From sequence record DRR378314_1546: a stretch of DNA of 32,838 nt; one strand, given 5' to 3'. Shown one piece after another: positions 9,701 through 16,189 of this stretch. The position numbers and the translations under genes are program-made. The notes beneath the pieces were generated by a model. That model was not told the DNA's origin and made no database searches. It saw only the letters and a program-made list of their open reading frames with translations. The stretch's first letter is position 1. The number at the start of each line of letters is the position of its first letter.

Positions 9701-9783
9701 GCTTCCTGGGCGCCAGCATCCATCTACAGATCCCCGCCGGCGCGGTGAAACTTCAGTACCTGGGGGTGCCGCTCAAACGCTGA
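6730..9783 (+). CDS. Large (~1017 aa) lipoprotein with bacterial Ig-like (Big_5/SbsA-like) domains
   Basis: Signal peptide II MRSIRFAPLFPLMMLCLAGLTA-C. Big_5-like segments VFYSYPHDGQRRVSPASPVVLRFSHPL and DTRAPFLQSTMP...LVMNFSEPLDPESL...RPLQPGDRYTLAVSDRATDLA. Host-like codon usage; RBS GGAGAAGGA. Confidence 0.8.
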   Translation: MRSIRFAPLFPLMMLCLAGLTACGGAEEGPTNHLGAAPAEVFYSYPHDGQRRVSPASPVVLRFSHPLTGGADGVRLSDADGNSVALAAPEPVDGGLGLLVRPAQGDLRPGTRYRLTLDGLETEAGPLAFPDGALTFETRLASGGANGQRGFDTVLRLREVLPDGDDLPFMDFSTLRLRFNQMLDTDTLTYGESISLTRDGELVPAIMLAKGDAVTLDPRQDLRPGERYTLTLGPSIRGFQGAALAGGGLQRSWVARDSRPRTVMVQETPPASGRGDDPCADPDGRRSRLTGQAMNCVPIEAVLLGDGDATQQSGNVFTELAFLPHYPDVSPLRIPRGSLLTGSNVKVKVAGAVPAGIETGDIAVTFLSDASGYLLPNPFSRRPEAPRQVRLFMDVAMTAENPEANGALSQTLLQVELVGVAKVEGQRLVIDALGVVEPEVLGQETAFGLLSLHTESYPDQNNAPAPIPDTRAPFLQSTMPMAEDGLAATVQPGDALVMNFSEPLDPESLEQALSLTREGVDEPFDWSLDGASVVVRPHRPLQPGDRYTLAVSDRATDLAEPANPVQPASRTFRLPALVGDPVAPVLITTYPGFPCAVDKASWHIAEGDHGRCRGGRDDDDHLPVPTLPADRPIRVTVSQDIDPASVQLGETCGSGSFRVERVAVDGDGNPVAIPDGDKRKYQCDAAVPGRLNVEARTLTFIPDQPWEDGAAYRYTLQSVNRASGQQPDDCVSGEAICSQAGKRLQTALLEGPEPDWGGPDLEIHFRGAPVTDSVFQALNNLPTADVNANGFFDDGEPGYGDGEPAVNTTRLEVLGGSTLTQNPRLACDTPERCDIQVVGALNSEVIGPGEYDDPRTEQEERLPAVRVGLYPTQILASSVTVKADVLIEGGIPIESPTGTQVMRMRHPEDGGLIPGWIVATDQGPEFRADVDLYLDAPYLEAPLGGQHNQHSYPLTMELTGPVTFLPNGRMVINQVNGNVIPISVELTELLGFLGASIHLQIPAGAVKLQYLGVPLKR

Positions 9784-9794
9784 GCGGCATTATT
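9767..9794 (+). terminator. Probable intrinsic terminator overlapping the lipoprotein stop codon
   Basis: TGCCGCTCA-AACGC-TGAGCGGCA followed by TTATT. Confidence 0.5.
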
Positions 9795-9834
9795 GACCCT
9801 GCTCAATATTGCCCCCGGCGCGCTTCGGTAGCAT
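9793..9834 (+). promoter_or_regulatory. FNR/Anr-like box and -10 element (class II geometry) upstream of the osmC-like gene
   Basis: TTGAC-CCTG-CTCAA (9793-9806; consensus TTGAT-N4-ATCAA) and TAGCAT at 9829-9834. Confidence 0.55.
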
Positions 9835-9866
9835 GGTAGAAGGACAACAAGCAGAAGGAGTCCACC

Positions 9867-10316
9867 ATGAGTGAATATGGCGCCACCGTTGCCTGGCATT
9901 TGCCGCCGCAGGCCAGCTTCGACTACGAAACCTTCGACCGTTCCCATGAATGGACCTTCGCCGGCGGCGAGGTGGTGCAGGCTTCCGGCTCGCCGGAATA
10001 CTTCGGCACCGCCTCGCGGGTGAACCCGGACGAAGCGGTGATCGCCGCCACCGCCAGCTGCCACATGCTCACCTTCCTGTCGATCGCCGCCAAACAGCGC
10101 CTGCGCGTGCTCAGCTACGTGGACCGGCCCCACGGCGTGGTGGAGAAGAACGCCGAAGGCCGCTTCGCGATCACCCGCATCACGCTGCGCCCCAAGGTGG
10201 TGTTCGAGGAAGACATCGATCCCGCCGCGCTGGCCAAGCTCCACGACAGCGCCCACCGCAACTGCTTCGTCGCCAACTCCCTGCGCTCGGAAGTCACCGT
10301 CGAGCCGGAATCCTGA
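9867..10316 (+). CDS. OsmC/Ohr family protein
   Basis: NPDEAVIAATASCHMLTFL and AHRNCFVANSL with both conserved cysteines; AAGGAG RBS. Confidence 0.9.
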   Translation: MSEYGATVAWHLPPQASFDYETFDRSHEWTFAGGEVVQASGSPEYFGTASRVNPDEAVIAATASCHMLTFLSIAAKQRLRVLSYVDRPHGVVEKNAEGRFAITRITLRPKVVFEEDIDPAALAKLHDSAHRNCFVANSLRSEVTVEPES

Positions 10317-10331
10317 GTTCCGGCCCGGGAA

Positions 10332-10363
10332 CGCCGTGACCGGCCGGCCACGGCCGGACGGCG
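10332..10363. other. GC-rich hairpin between osmC-like gene and acyl-CoA dehydrogenase
   Basis: CGCCGT-ga-CCGGCCG-GCCA-CGGCCGG-ACGGCG; no U-tract. A TAAAAT -10-like hexamer follows at 10384-10389. Confidence 0.4.
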
Positions 10364-10420
10364 ACCCCCGGGGCGGGAGCGGTTAAAATACCCTTTTGTG
10401 TCCAGCCAAAAGGGTCAGTC

Positions 10421-11560
10421 ATGCTCGATCAGAACGAAATCGATCTGTTCCGCGATAACGTCCGCAAATTCCTCGAGAAGGAAGTGGCGCCCCACTACGA
10501 CCAGTGGGAAAAGGACGAAAAACTCCCCCGCGACCTCTGGAACCGCATGGGCGAAAACGGCCTGCTGTGCGTCGACGTCCCGGAACAGTACGGCGGTTTC
10601 GGCGCGGACTTCCGCCTTTCCGCGATCATGGTGGAAGAAGCCTCGCGCATGGGCTTCGGCGCCCTGGCCTCCAACCTCTCCGTGCACTCGGACATCGTCG
10701 CGCCCTACATCCTCCACCTGGGCACCGAAGAGCAGAAACAGACCTGGCTGCCGAAGATGGTCAGCGGTGAAGCCGTGGGCGCCATCGGCATGACCGAGCC
10801 CGGCGCCGGCTCCGACCTGCAGGGCATGAAAACCCGCGCCGAAAAAGACGGCGACGGCTACGTGATCAACGGCCAGAAAACCTTCATCACCAACGGCCAG
10901 CACTGCGACGTCATCGTGCTCGCCACCAAAACCGACCCCAACGCCGGCGCCAAGGGCATGACCCTTTTCACCGTCGACACCAGCCTGCCCGGCTTCGCCC
11001 GCGGCCGGAACCTGGAAAAGATGGGCCACCACGCCGCCGACACCTCCGAGCTGTTCTTCGAGAACGTCAAGGTCGGCGCCGACCAGATCCTCGGCGGGGA
11101 AGGGCGCGGCTTCGCCAACCTGATGAACGAACTGCCCCGCGAACGCCTGATTCTGGCGCTCGGCGCCGTCGCCGCCTGCGAAGGCATGATCGACCGCACC
11201 ATCGCCTACACCCAGGAACGCCAGGCCTTCGGCCAGTCGATCAGCAAATTCCAGAACACCCGCTTCGTCCTCGCCGACCTGCACGCCCAGGTGCAGGTCA
11301 ACAAAGCGTTCTGCGAACAATCCATCGAGCAGTACGACCGCGGCGAACTCAGCACCACCAACGCCTCCATCGCCAAGCTCACCACCACCGAGCTGCAAGG
11401 CAAGGTGGCGGACCAGTGCCTGCAGCTCTTCGGCGGCTACGGCTACATGCAGGAATACCCGATCTCCCGCGACTTCGTCGACGCGCGCATCCAGCGCATT
11501 TACGGCGGCACCAGCGAGATCATGAAGGAGATTATCGCTCGGGATATTTTGGGGCGGTAA
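10421..11560 (+). CDS. Acyl-CoA dehydrogenase (long-chain/LCAD-like)
   Basis: AIGMTEPGAGSDL, NGQKTFITNG, ELPRERL, RQAFGQ, QLFGGYGYMQEYPI, RIYGGTSEIMK. Confidence 0.95.
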   Translation: MLDQNEIDLFRDNVRKFLEKEVAPHYDQWEKDEKLPRDLWNRMGENGLLCVDVPEQYGGFGADFRLSAIMVEEASRMGFGALASNLSVHSDIVAPYILHLGTEEQKQTWLPKMVSGEAVGAIGMTEPGAGSDLQGMKTRAEKDGDGYVINGQKTFITNGQHCDVIVLATKTDPNAGAKGMTLFTVDTSLPGFARGRNLEKMGHHAADTSELFFENVKVGADQILGGEGRGFANLMNELPRERLILALGAVAACEGMIDRTIAYTQERQAFGQSISKFQNTRFVLADLHAQVQVNKAFCEQSIEQYDRGELSTTNASIAKLTTTELQGKVADQCLQLFGGYGYMQEYPISRDFVDARIQRIYGGTSEIMKEIIARDILGR

Positions 11561-11604
11561 CCGGCCGGGGCTTGCTGACCCCAAGCCTCAGCTTCAATCG
11601 TATC

Positions 11605-11631
11605 AAGAACGCGGCTTCGGCCGCGTTCTTT
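11605..11631 (+). terminator. Intrinsic terminator, probably bidirectional
   Basis: AAGAACGCGGC-TTCG-GCCGCGTTCTTT; cUUCGg tetraloop. It marks the left border of the low-GC insert. Confidence 0.8.
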
Positions 11632-11784
11632 ATGCGATGAGTTTTTGTTACCTTCCAAATTTTTTAAGTTTCGAGCTTTTAAGCTTAGTTTAACAAGATA
11701 CGGCCTGCTTTATCGTCACTCAACGCAACTACACGCTATTGCCATTGGGCGTTGAGAGGTAGGCATATAAATGAACGGTAATCT

Positions 11785-12423
11785 ATGAAGCTCTTCAGCC
11801 AAGGTGATGGGGTGTTTGATGTTATCGCGAAATTGGCAACTAGTGCCGGAGTTATATTTGGCGTGTGGGCATACTTCCACACGATTCATCCAGTCTTTGA
11901 GAAAGAAATAGAACTTCAAAGCCTTAGGGTCGAATCCCAGGATTTGTCCTCAGAGGTTCGCAAGCTAAATGAATCTGTCGATAGCCTGCGGAAGGAAAAA
12001 GCGCAGATTACGGCAGACCTTGCCTCTCTGGGAACGCAGCAAGTGAAGATCAAAGCGGAAATTTACGAAAGAGAACAGCAGCTTAAAAAGACAATTGCCA
12101 GTTTGAAAAATGCATCAGATGCGGCTGTCCTAAACAAGCTTCAGTATTATTCTGACAAACTGACTTCGGCATATATAGTGGCATCGATGGCCAACAAAGG
12201 TGCTGAATTTGATGTTCTCGCGCATAGCAGAAAAATTCTGGCTACACACTCCCCTGAGACTGTGGATGAATACAGTCAGAAAGCTTACGTCTACTTCAAG
12301 CGATACGTAGAAAGCTATGACGGTGAGCCATTAAAGGGTGATCGTGTGATTGAGTTTGCGGTTTCCTTATTTTTTGATTACAAGATTGAGATGCTCAAGA
12401 AGCGAGCATCCCAGAGTGAGTAA
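11785..12423 (+). CDS. Hypothetical protein: N-terminal TM helix, coiled coil and helical C-terminal domain
   Basis: 212-aa ORF in an AT-richer region. Hydrophobic VIAKLATSAGVIFGVWAYF, then heptad-like EKEIELQSLRVESQDLSSEVRKLNESVDSLRKEKAQITADLASL...EREQQLKKTIASLK. Confidence 0.7.
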   Translation: MKLFSQGDGVFDVIAKLATSAGVIFGVWAYFHTIHPVFEKEIELQSLRVESQDLSSEVRKLNESVDSLRKEKAQITADLASLGTQQVKIKAEIYEREQQLKKTIASLKNASDAAVLNKLQYYSDKLTSAYIVASMANKGAEFDVLAHSRKILATHSPETVDEYSQKAYVYFKRYVESYDGEPLKGDRVIEFAVSLFFDYKIEMLKKRASQSE

Positions 12424-12527
12424 AATGATACGAGAAGTGTTACGCCTAAAAAGCGTAGTCATTCGTATATATAAACTTTGTGCGTGTGTATAGCGAGGGA
12501 GCCAGCACGTAGCGGGGCCTAAATCAT

Positions 12528-13337
12528 ATGAATTATCGGAATGAGGCTCGAAGGGCGCTTCAGCGCGCAAATGATCACTTAGACGATCCGGGAATCAGTC
12601 GAGGTCGATACGCAGCACTCGAGCTGCGCATGGCGCTGGAATCTTTGGTTTATGAGCGCGCAGATTCTTACAGAGAAGAGCTTCCAGGCCGCGCGCTTTA
12701 CACATGGCAGCCCGGGAAGCTGCTTAAAATGCTTCTCGAGATTGACCCTTTAGCAGACAAAAGCTCATCTCTGAGTATCGGGGAGGAGGTGAAGTACGGA
12801 GAGTATGCGCCGAGGATGCGTTTCCTCGGCCATGACCGGGTTCTGACACTAAAAGAGATTAAGCGCTATTATGATCGCCTTGGGTCTTACTTGCACGCAC
12901 CAACTCGTGAACAAGTAGATTCAGAAAAGCGTGTCTCTGATGAGAAAATAGTAAAGCGTTGCCGAGAGCTGACTCATATTCTTGATGAAGTCCTGGCCTC
13001 TCCTGTCTTTAATCTCGACTTCCGAGTCACCAGCAAGATCCAGTGTGAGAAGTGCGAAAGCATGATAACCCGAAGCCTGCCTTCTGACGGAGAGAAATTT
13101 GTAGCTAAATGCATAAGCTGTTTGGCCGAATACGACGTCGTGCTGGATAAAGGTGGGAAGGCGATATGGACGCCGCGTGTAGAGGTAATTGGTTGCGGCA
13201 ATCCTAACTGTAATGCGAAGTTGGAGCTATGGAATAGCGAAATTAAGGTTGGGACGAACTGGCTATGTTCGACGTGTGGCGGAAGAAACGTGATTCTGCT
13301 TGGCTTGCAACATCAATCGAGCCATGAAGACACTTAA
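12528..13337 (+). CDS. Hypothetical protein: HEPN-like N-terminal domain plus two C-terminal zinc ribbons
   Basis: 269 aa. RYAALELRMALE helix and RLGSYLH (R-x5-H); Cys pairs CEKC, CISC, CGNPNC, CSTC. Confidence 0.7.
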   Translation: MNYRNEARRALQRANDHLDDPGISRGRYAALELRMALESLVYERADSYREELPGRALYTWQPGKLLKMLLEIDPLADKSSSLSIGEEVKYGEYAPRMRFLGHDRVLTLKEIKRYYDRLGSYLHAPTREQVDSEKRVSDEKIVKRCRELTHILDEVLASPVFNLDFRVTSKIQCEKCESMITRSLPSDGEKFVAKCISCLAEYDVVLDKGGKAIWTPRVEVIGCGNPNCNAKLELWNSEIKVGTNWLCSTCGGRNVILLGLQHQSSHEDT

Positions 13338-13723
13338 AGCGGCCGTAAAGCATTGGTCTCCCGGCGCCGTGTTTGTTCAGATTGGTCGATGAACCCTTGC
13401 GTTGGATTCTCGCGGCTTACGTCGGTGATGCATGATTTGGCTTTGTAGGCGGAATTTCGTGGTCATCGTTTATCAAGCTAGAGTCTCTACCTCCGATAGT
13501 GTAGGACTTCAGCGCGGGCGGTTCGAAGGCGACTATTCTCGATAGCTAGAAGAACGGTGAGAAATTTCGGGATTTTTGCGGGCACGCAACATAAGCGGGC
13601 GTACACGAGTATATCGCTCACCTTAGAGGCAAGCGAGTTACCTATTTTGGCCGTCAGGGCGACCTGCATACCGAGTGGTTTCCCAAGGCCGAGTCAGCGT
13701 CAGTACTTGGAGATGGTTAGGCT

Positions 13724-14011
13724 GTGCATGAATTATTTATTGTTTTGGTATTCTTTTCCTTTATGGCTTTGATTGTCCTCGGTGCTCGGTTTCTTTCGGT
13801 TTGGAGAACAGAAGCACCAGATCATTGGGCGTCTTGGTGCTCACCCAATATGTTCTTTAATATTGGTACTTACCTCCCAGTCGTCCTTGGGCGGCACCTC
13901 AACAAGTTCGATAATCGAAAGCTGCTGAAGGCGCGCAATGATCTCCGACTAGGCTTATTGATTTTCGTATTAGTTGTGACTGCTTTCATTTTGGTGCGAA
14001 GTAATGGTTAA
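13724..14011 (+). CDS. Small hypothetical membrane protein (two terminal TM segments)
   Basis: 95-aa GTG-start ORF with hydrophobic LFIVLVFFSFMALIVLGA and LGLLIFVLVVTAFILV; RBS weak. Confidence 0.45.
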   Translation: MHELFIVLVFFSFMALIVLGARFLSVWRTEAPDHWASWCSPNMFFNIGTYLPVVLGRHLNKFDNRKLLKARNDLRLGLLIFVLVVTAFILVRSNG

Positions 14012-14237
14012 CGCTGCGTCTATTAAAAGCCTTGGTCAGGTGGCGCTTCTTAAGCGCCAGACAGAGAAGGTTCTGGCTGAACTGGATTTGGGAGACGCGC
14101 GGTCGCTCTGCTATACAGCGAAGATGCTTGAAGGGCGACATAGAGTGGAGAGTGCTGTTCCTCAGGCAAGAACCTGCAGCTACAGTGAGACCAGGGAGAA
14201 ACTTGGCAAGTGGCTGAGATAGTCTTCTTGGGCGCCC

Positions 14238-14660
14238 TTAACCCGTGGTCGCCGGCGCCATAATGGTGCCCTGGGCCACCGCGCACAGGGTTTCCGAGCC
14301 GTCCTCCGCCACCGAGAACAGGTCGCAGCGGCACACCGCCGCTTGGCGGCCAGAGCTTTCCACCCGGGCGCGGGCCACCAGGGTGTCGCCCTTGGCCGCC
14401 TTCGTGTAGTTGATTTTGAACTCCAGCGTCAGGCCGTCGCCGTATAAGGAGCCGCCGGCGAAGGTCAGGGCGTTGTCAGCGAGATAGCTGAGTATGCCGC
14501 CGTGGGGGCGGCCGTGTTGCTGCAGGAACTCCGGGCGCAGTGCCAGGGAAAGCTGGGCCTCTCCTTCCACGAAACGATCCAGGCGCGCGCCCAGGAAGCG
14601 GCTGAACGGCTGCGCCGCCAGGACGCGTTCGCCGAGGGCCTGCATGTCTTGCGGTGTCAT
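14238..14660 (-). CDS. PaaI family thioesterase
   Basis: QPFSRFLG, QQHGRPHGGILSYLADN, TLEFKINY; GGAGGAG RBS. Confidence 0.92.
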   Translation of the reverse strand: MTPQDMQALGERVLAAQPFSRFLGARLDRFVEGEAQLSLALRPEFLQQHGRPHGGILSYLADNALTFAGGSLYGDGLTLEFKINYTKAAKGDTLVARARVESSGRQAAVCRCDLFSVAEDGSETLCAVAQGTIMAPATTG

Positions 14661-14683
14661 GGCGACTCCTCCAGAATGGTAAT

Positions 14684-14712
14684 TAGAATATTATTCTAGA
14701 ATAAGGTTCTAG
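14684..14712. promoter_or_regulatory. Tandem overlapping palindromic operators (TetR-type)
   Basis: TAGAATA-T-TATTCTA (14684-14698) and CTAGAA-TAAGG-TTCTAG (14696-14712) in the 53-bp gap between divergent paaI-like and tetR genes. Confidence 0.75.
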
Positions 14713-14713
14713 T

Positions 14714-15310
14714 ATGAGCGAAGCAAGTCCAGCGCGGCCCCGCGCCGGCGCCCGGGAGCGTGTACTGGCGGCGGCGCTGGCCTGCGCCACCGAAAGCGGC
14801 ATGGATGCGGTCACCATCGATGCGATTCGCCTCCGCAGCGGCGTCAGCGTGGGCAGCCTTTATCACCACTTCGGCGACAAGCAGGGTGTGTTCGCCGCTC
14901 TTTTCGTGGCTGGAGTGGAGCATTTCGGCGAGATCGCGATGGCGGCCATGGCCAAGGGGGAGTCCGCCGAGGCGGGTCTGCGCGCGCTGGTGGAGGATTA
15001 TCTGGACTGGGTCGTGGCGCATCCGGACTGGTCGCGTTTCCTGCTTGCGGCTCGTCCGCGCCTGGAAAGCACGGCCGGGCCTTTACTGCGCGACGCCAAC
15101 GGCCGCTACTTCACGGCCCTGCGGGACTGGCTGAAACGCTGGCCGGAGAGCCGACATCTGGCGGGACGTCCCGCTCTAGTGCTGGCCCTGGTGTTCGGCC
15201 CGGTGGATTATCTGGTCCGGCCCTGGCTGGACGGGCTGATGCCGGCCAGCCCGCTGGAGCATCGGGACGCGTTGGCGGACGCCGCGGTGCGGGCGTTACT
15301 GGGCGGGTAA
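14714..15310 (+). CDS. TetR/AcrR family transcriptional regulator
   Basis: RERVLAAALACATESGMDAVTIDAIRLRSGVSVGSLYHHFGDKQGVF HTH. Confidence 0.92.
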   Translation: MSEASPARPRAGARERVLAAALACATESGMDAVTIDAIRLRSGVSVGSLYHHFGDKQGVFAALFVAGVEHFGEIAMAAMAKGESAEAGLRALVEDYLDWVVAHPDWSRFLLAARPRLESTAGPLLRDANGRYFTALRDWLKRWPESRHLAGRPALVLALVFGPVDYLVRPWLDGLMPASPLEHRDALADAAVRALLGG

Positions 15311-15317
15311 GAGTGGG

Positions 15318-15983
15318 TCAGGCCGCGTCCCGCTTAGCAATAGCCCGAAGCACCAGCCGGCACTGGTTGTCGCCGTACTCGCGGATGTCGGCGGCGGCTT
15401 GCTCGGCGTTGCGGGCAAGCACGTTTTCCAGCAGCCGCTGGAAGATCTTCAGTGACATGTCGAATTCGGTGGTGTCTTCCTGCAGGGCGATGTACGAAAA
15501 GCGCTTGAGCAGGGGCACCAGGTCTTCGATGTCGTCGGCCAGGTAGCGGTTGCGGGCGAAGCGGGCGGTGGCCATTTCCACGAAGCGGAAGGCCACCTGG
15601 TGGGCGCCGGGCATGTCGGCGTTGCGGTAGTGGCGCTCCAGCTCGGGCAGCATCATGGCCAGATCCTCGATCTCGCCGGGTTTCCAGTCCCGGGCGGCCT
15701 GGGCCGCCAGGTGGGAGAGCAGCAGAAACAGGAAGTTATACAGGTCGCGGACCTCGCTTTCCGTGACCTCGCAGACCCGCGCGCCCCGGCGCGGTTGCAG
15801 GCGGATCAGGTGGCGCTTTTCCAGCAGTCTGAAGGCCTCTCGAAGTGAGTTGGTGCTCACATCCAGCTCTTTGGCGAGCTCCGCTTCCGGCAGCTTTTCG
15901 CCGGGCGCGAGGTCGCCGCGCACGATGCGCTCGCTCAGGTGTTCGGCGATCTGTTCACTGAGACTCACTGCTTTCAGCGACAT
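15318..15983 (-). CDS. GntR family regulator (FCD-type), divergent from alkB
   Basis: SLSEQIAEHLSERIVRGDLAPGEKLPEAELAKELDVSTNSLREAFRLLE wHTH; GGAG RBS. Confidence 0.92.
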   Translation of the reverse strand: MSLKAVSLSEQIAEHLSERIVRGDLAPGEKLPEAELAKELDVSTNSLREAFRLLEKRHLIRLQPRRGARVCEVTESEVRDLYNFLFLLLSHLAAQAARDWKPGEIEDLAMMLPELERHYRNADMPGAHQVAFRFVEMATARFARNRYLADDIEDLVPLLKRFSYIALQEDTTEFDMSLKIFQRLLENVLARNAEQAAADIREYGDNQCRLVLRAIAKRDAA

Positions 15984-16040
15984 GGGACTCCTCCGGGTTC
16001 TGGCGGCTATTATCCGCGCACTTTCCTTCTATGTCACGAA

Positions 16041-16077
16041 TTGAGTTGTTTGACAATTCAAGAATTGCTGTTAATGT
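16041..16077 (+). promoter_or_regulatory. alkB promoter with GntR-type operator over the -35 box
   Basis: Dyad TTGAgTTGT-TTG-ACAAtTCAA (16041-16061) contains TTGACA (16050-16055); TGt-TAATGT at 16069-16077. Confidence 0.7.
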
Positions 16078-16189
16078 TGCCATCGAAGAATGACAAAGTA
16101 ATGGCTGAGTCGGCCGGATCCGTCCGCCCGACCGCCTGCTGGCTAAAGACAGAGCCTGGCGAGGACCACGGCCAGGGAGGAGACGAACC

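Larger units (their letters stand above)
11640..14237. mobile_element. Low-GC horizontally acquired islet (no integrase or transposase visible)
   Basis: Hand counts of single 60-nt lines: 29/60 GC at 11821, 33/60 at 12001 and 25/60 at 13741, versus 42/60 at 6841 in the flank. A/T-ending codons are frequent and the ORFs are orphans. Located between convergent host genes; borders approximate. Confidence 0.7.

Noticed and set aside
6562-9723. 1053-aa antisense ORF mirroring the Ig-like lipoprotein
   Set aside because: Shadow ORF: high-GC codon bias removes stops on the opposite strand. The composition is rich in V/G/H/R/Q with no motifs, while the + strand has a lipobox, RBS and terminator.
13338-13723. 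Short ORFs (13487-13669, 13557-13772) in the islet spacer
   Set aside because: 60-71 aa with no RBS or motifs. They may be decayed sequence, but no gene or ncRNA (for example a retron msr/msd) can be supported, and no reverse transcriptase is present.
14004-14222. 72-aa ORF overlapping the third islet ORF
   Set aside because: No motif or RBS, and competing short frames of similar length; it cannot be called, though a remnant is possible.
11640-14237. Prophage, IS or tRNA-anchored island interpretation
   Set aside because: No integrase, transposase, tRNA, terminal inverted repeats or flanking direct repeats were found by eye.
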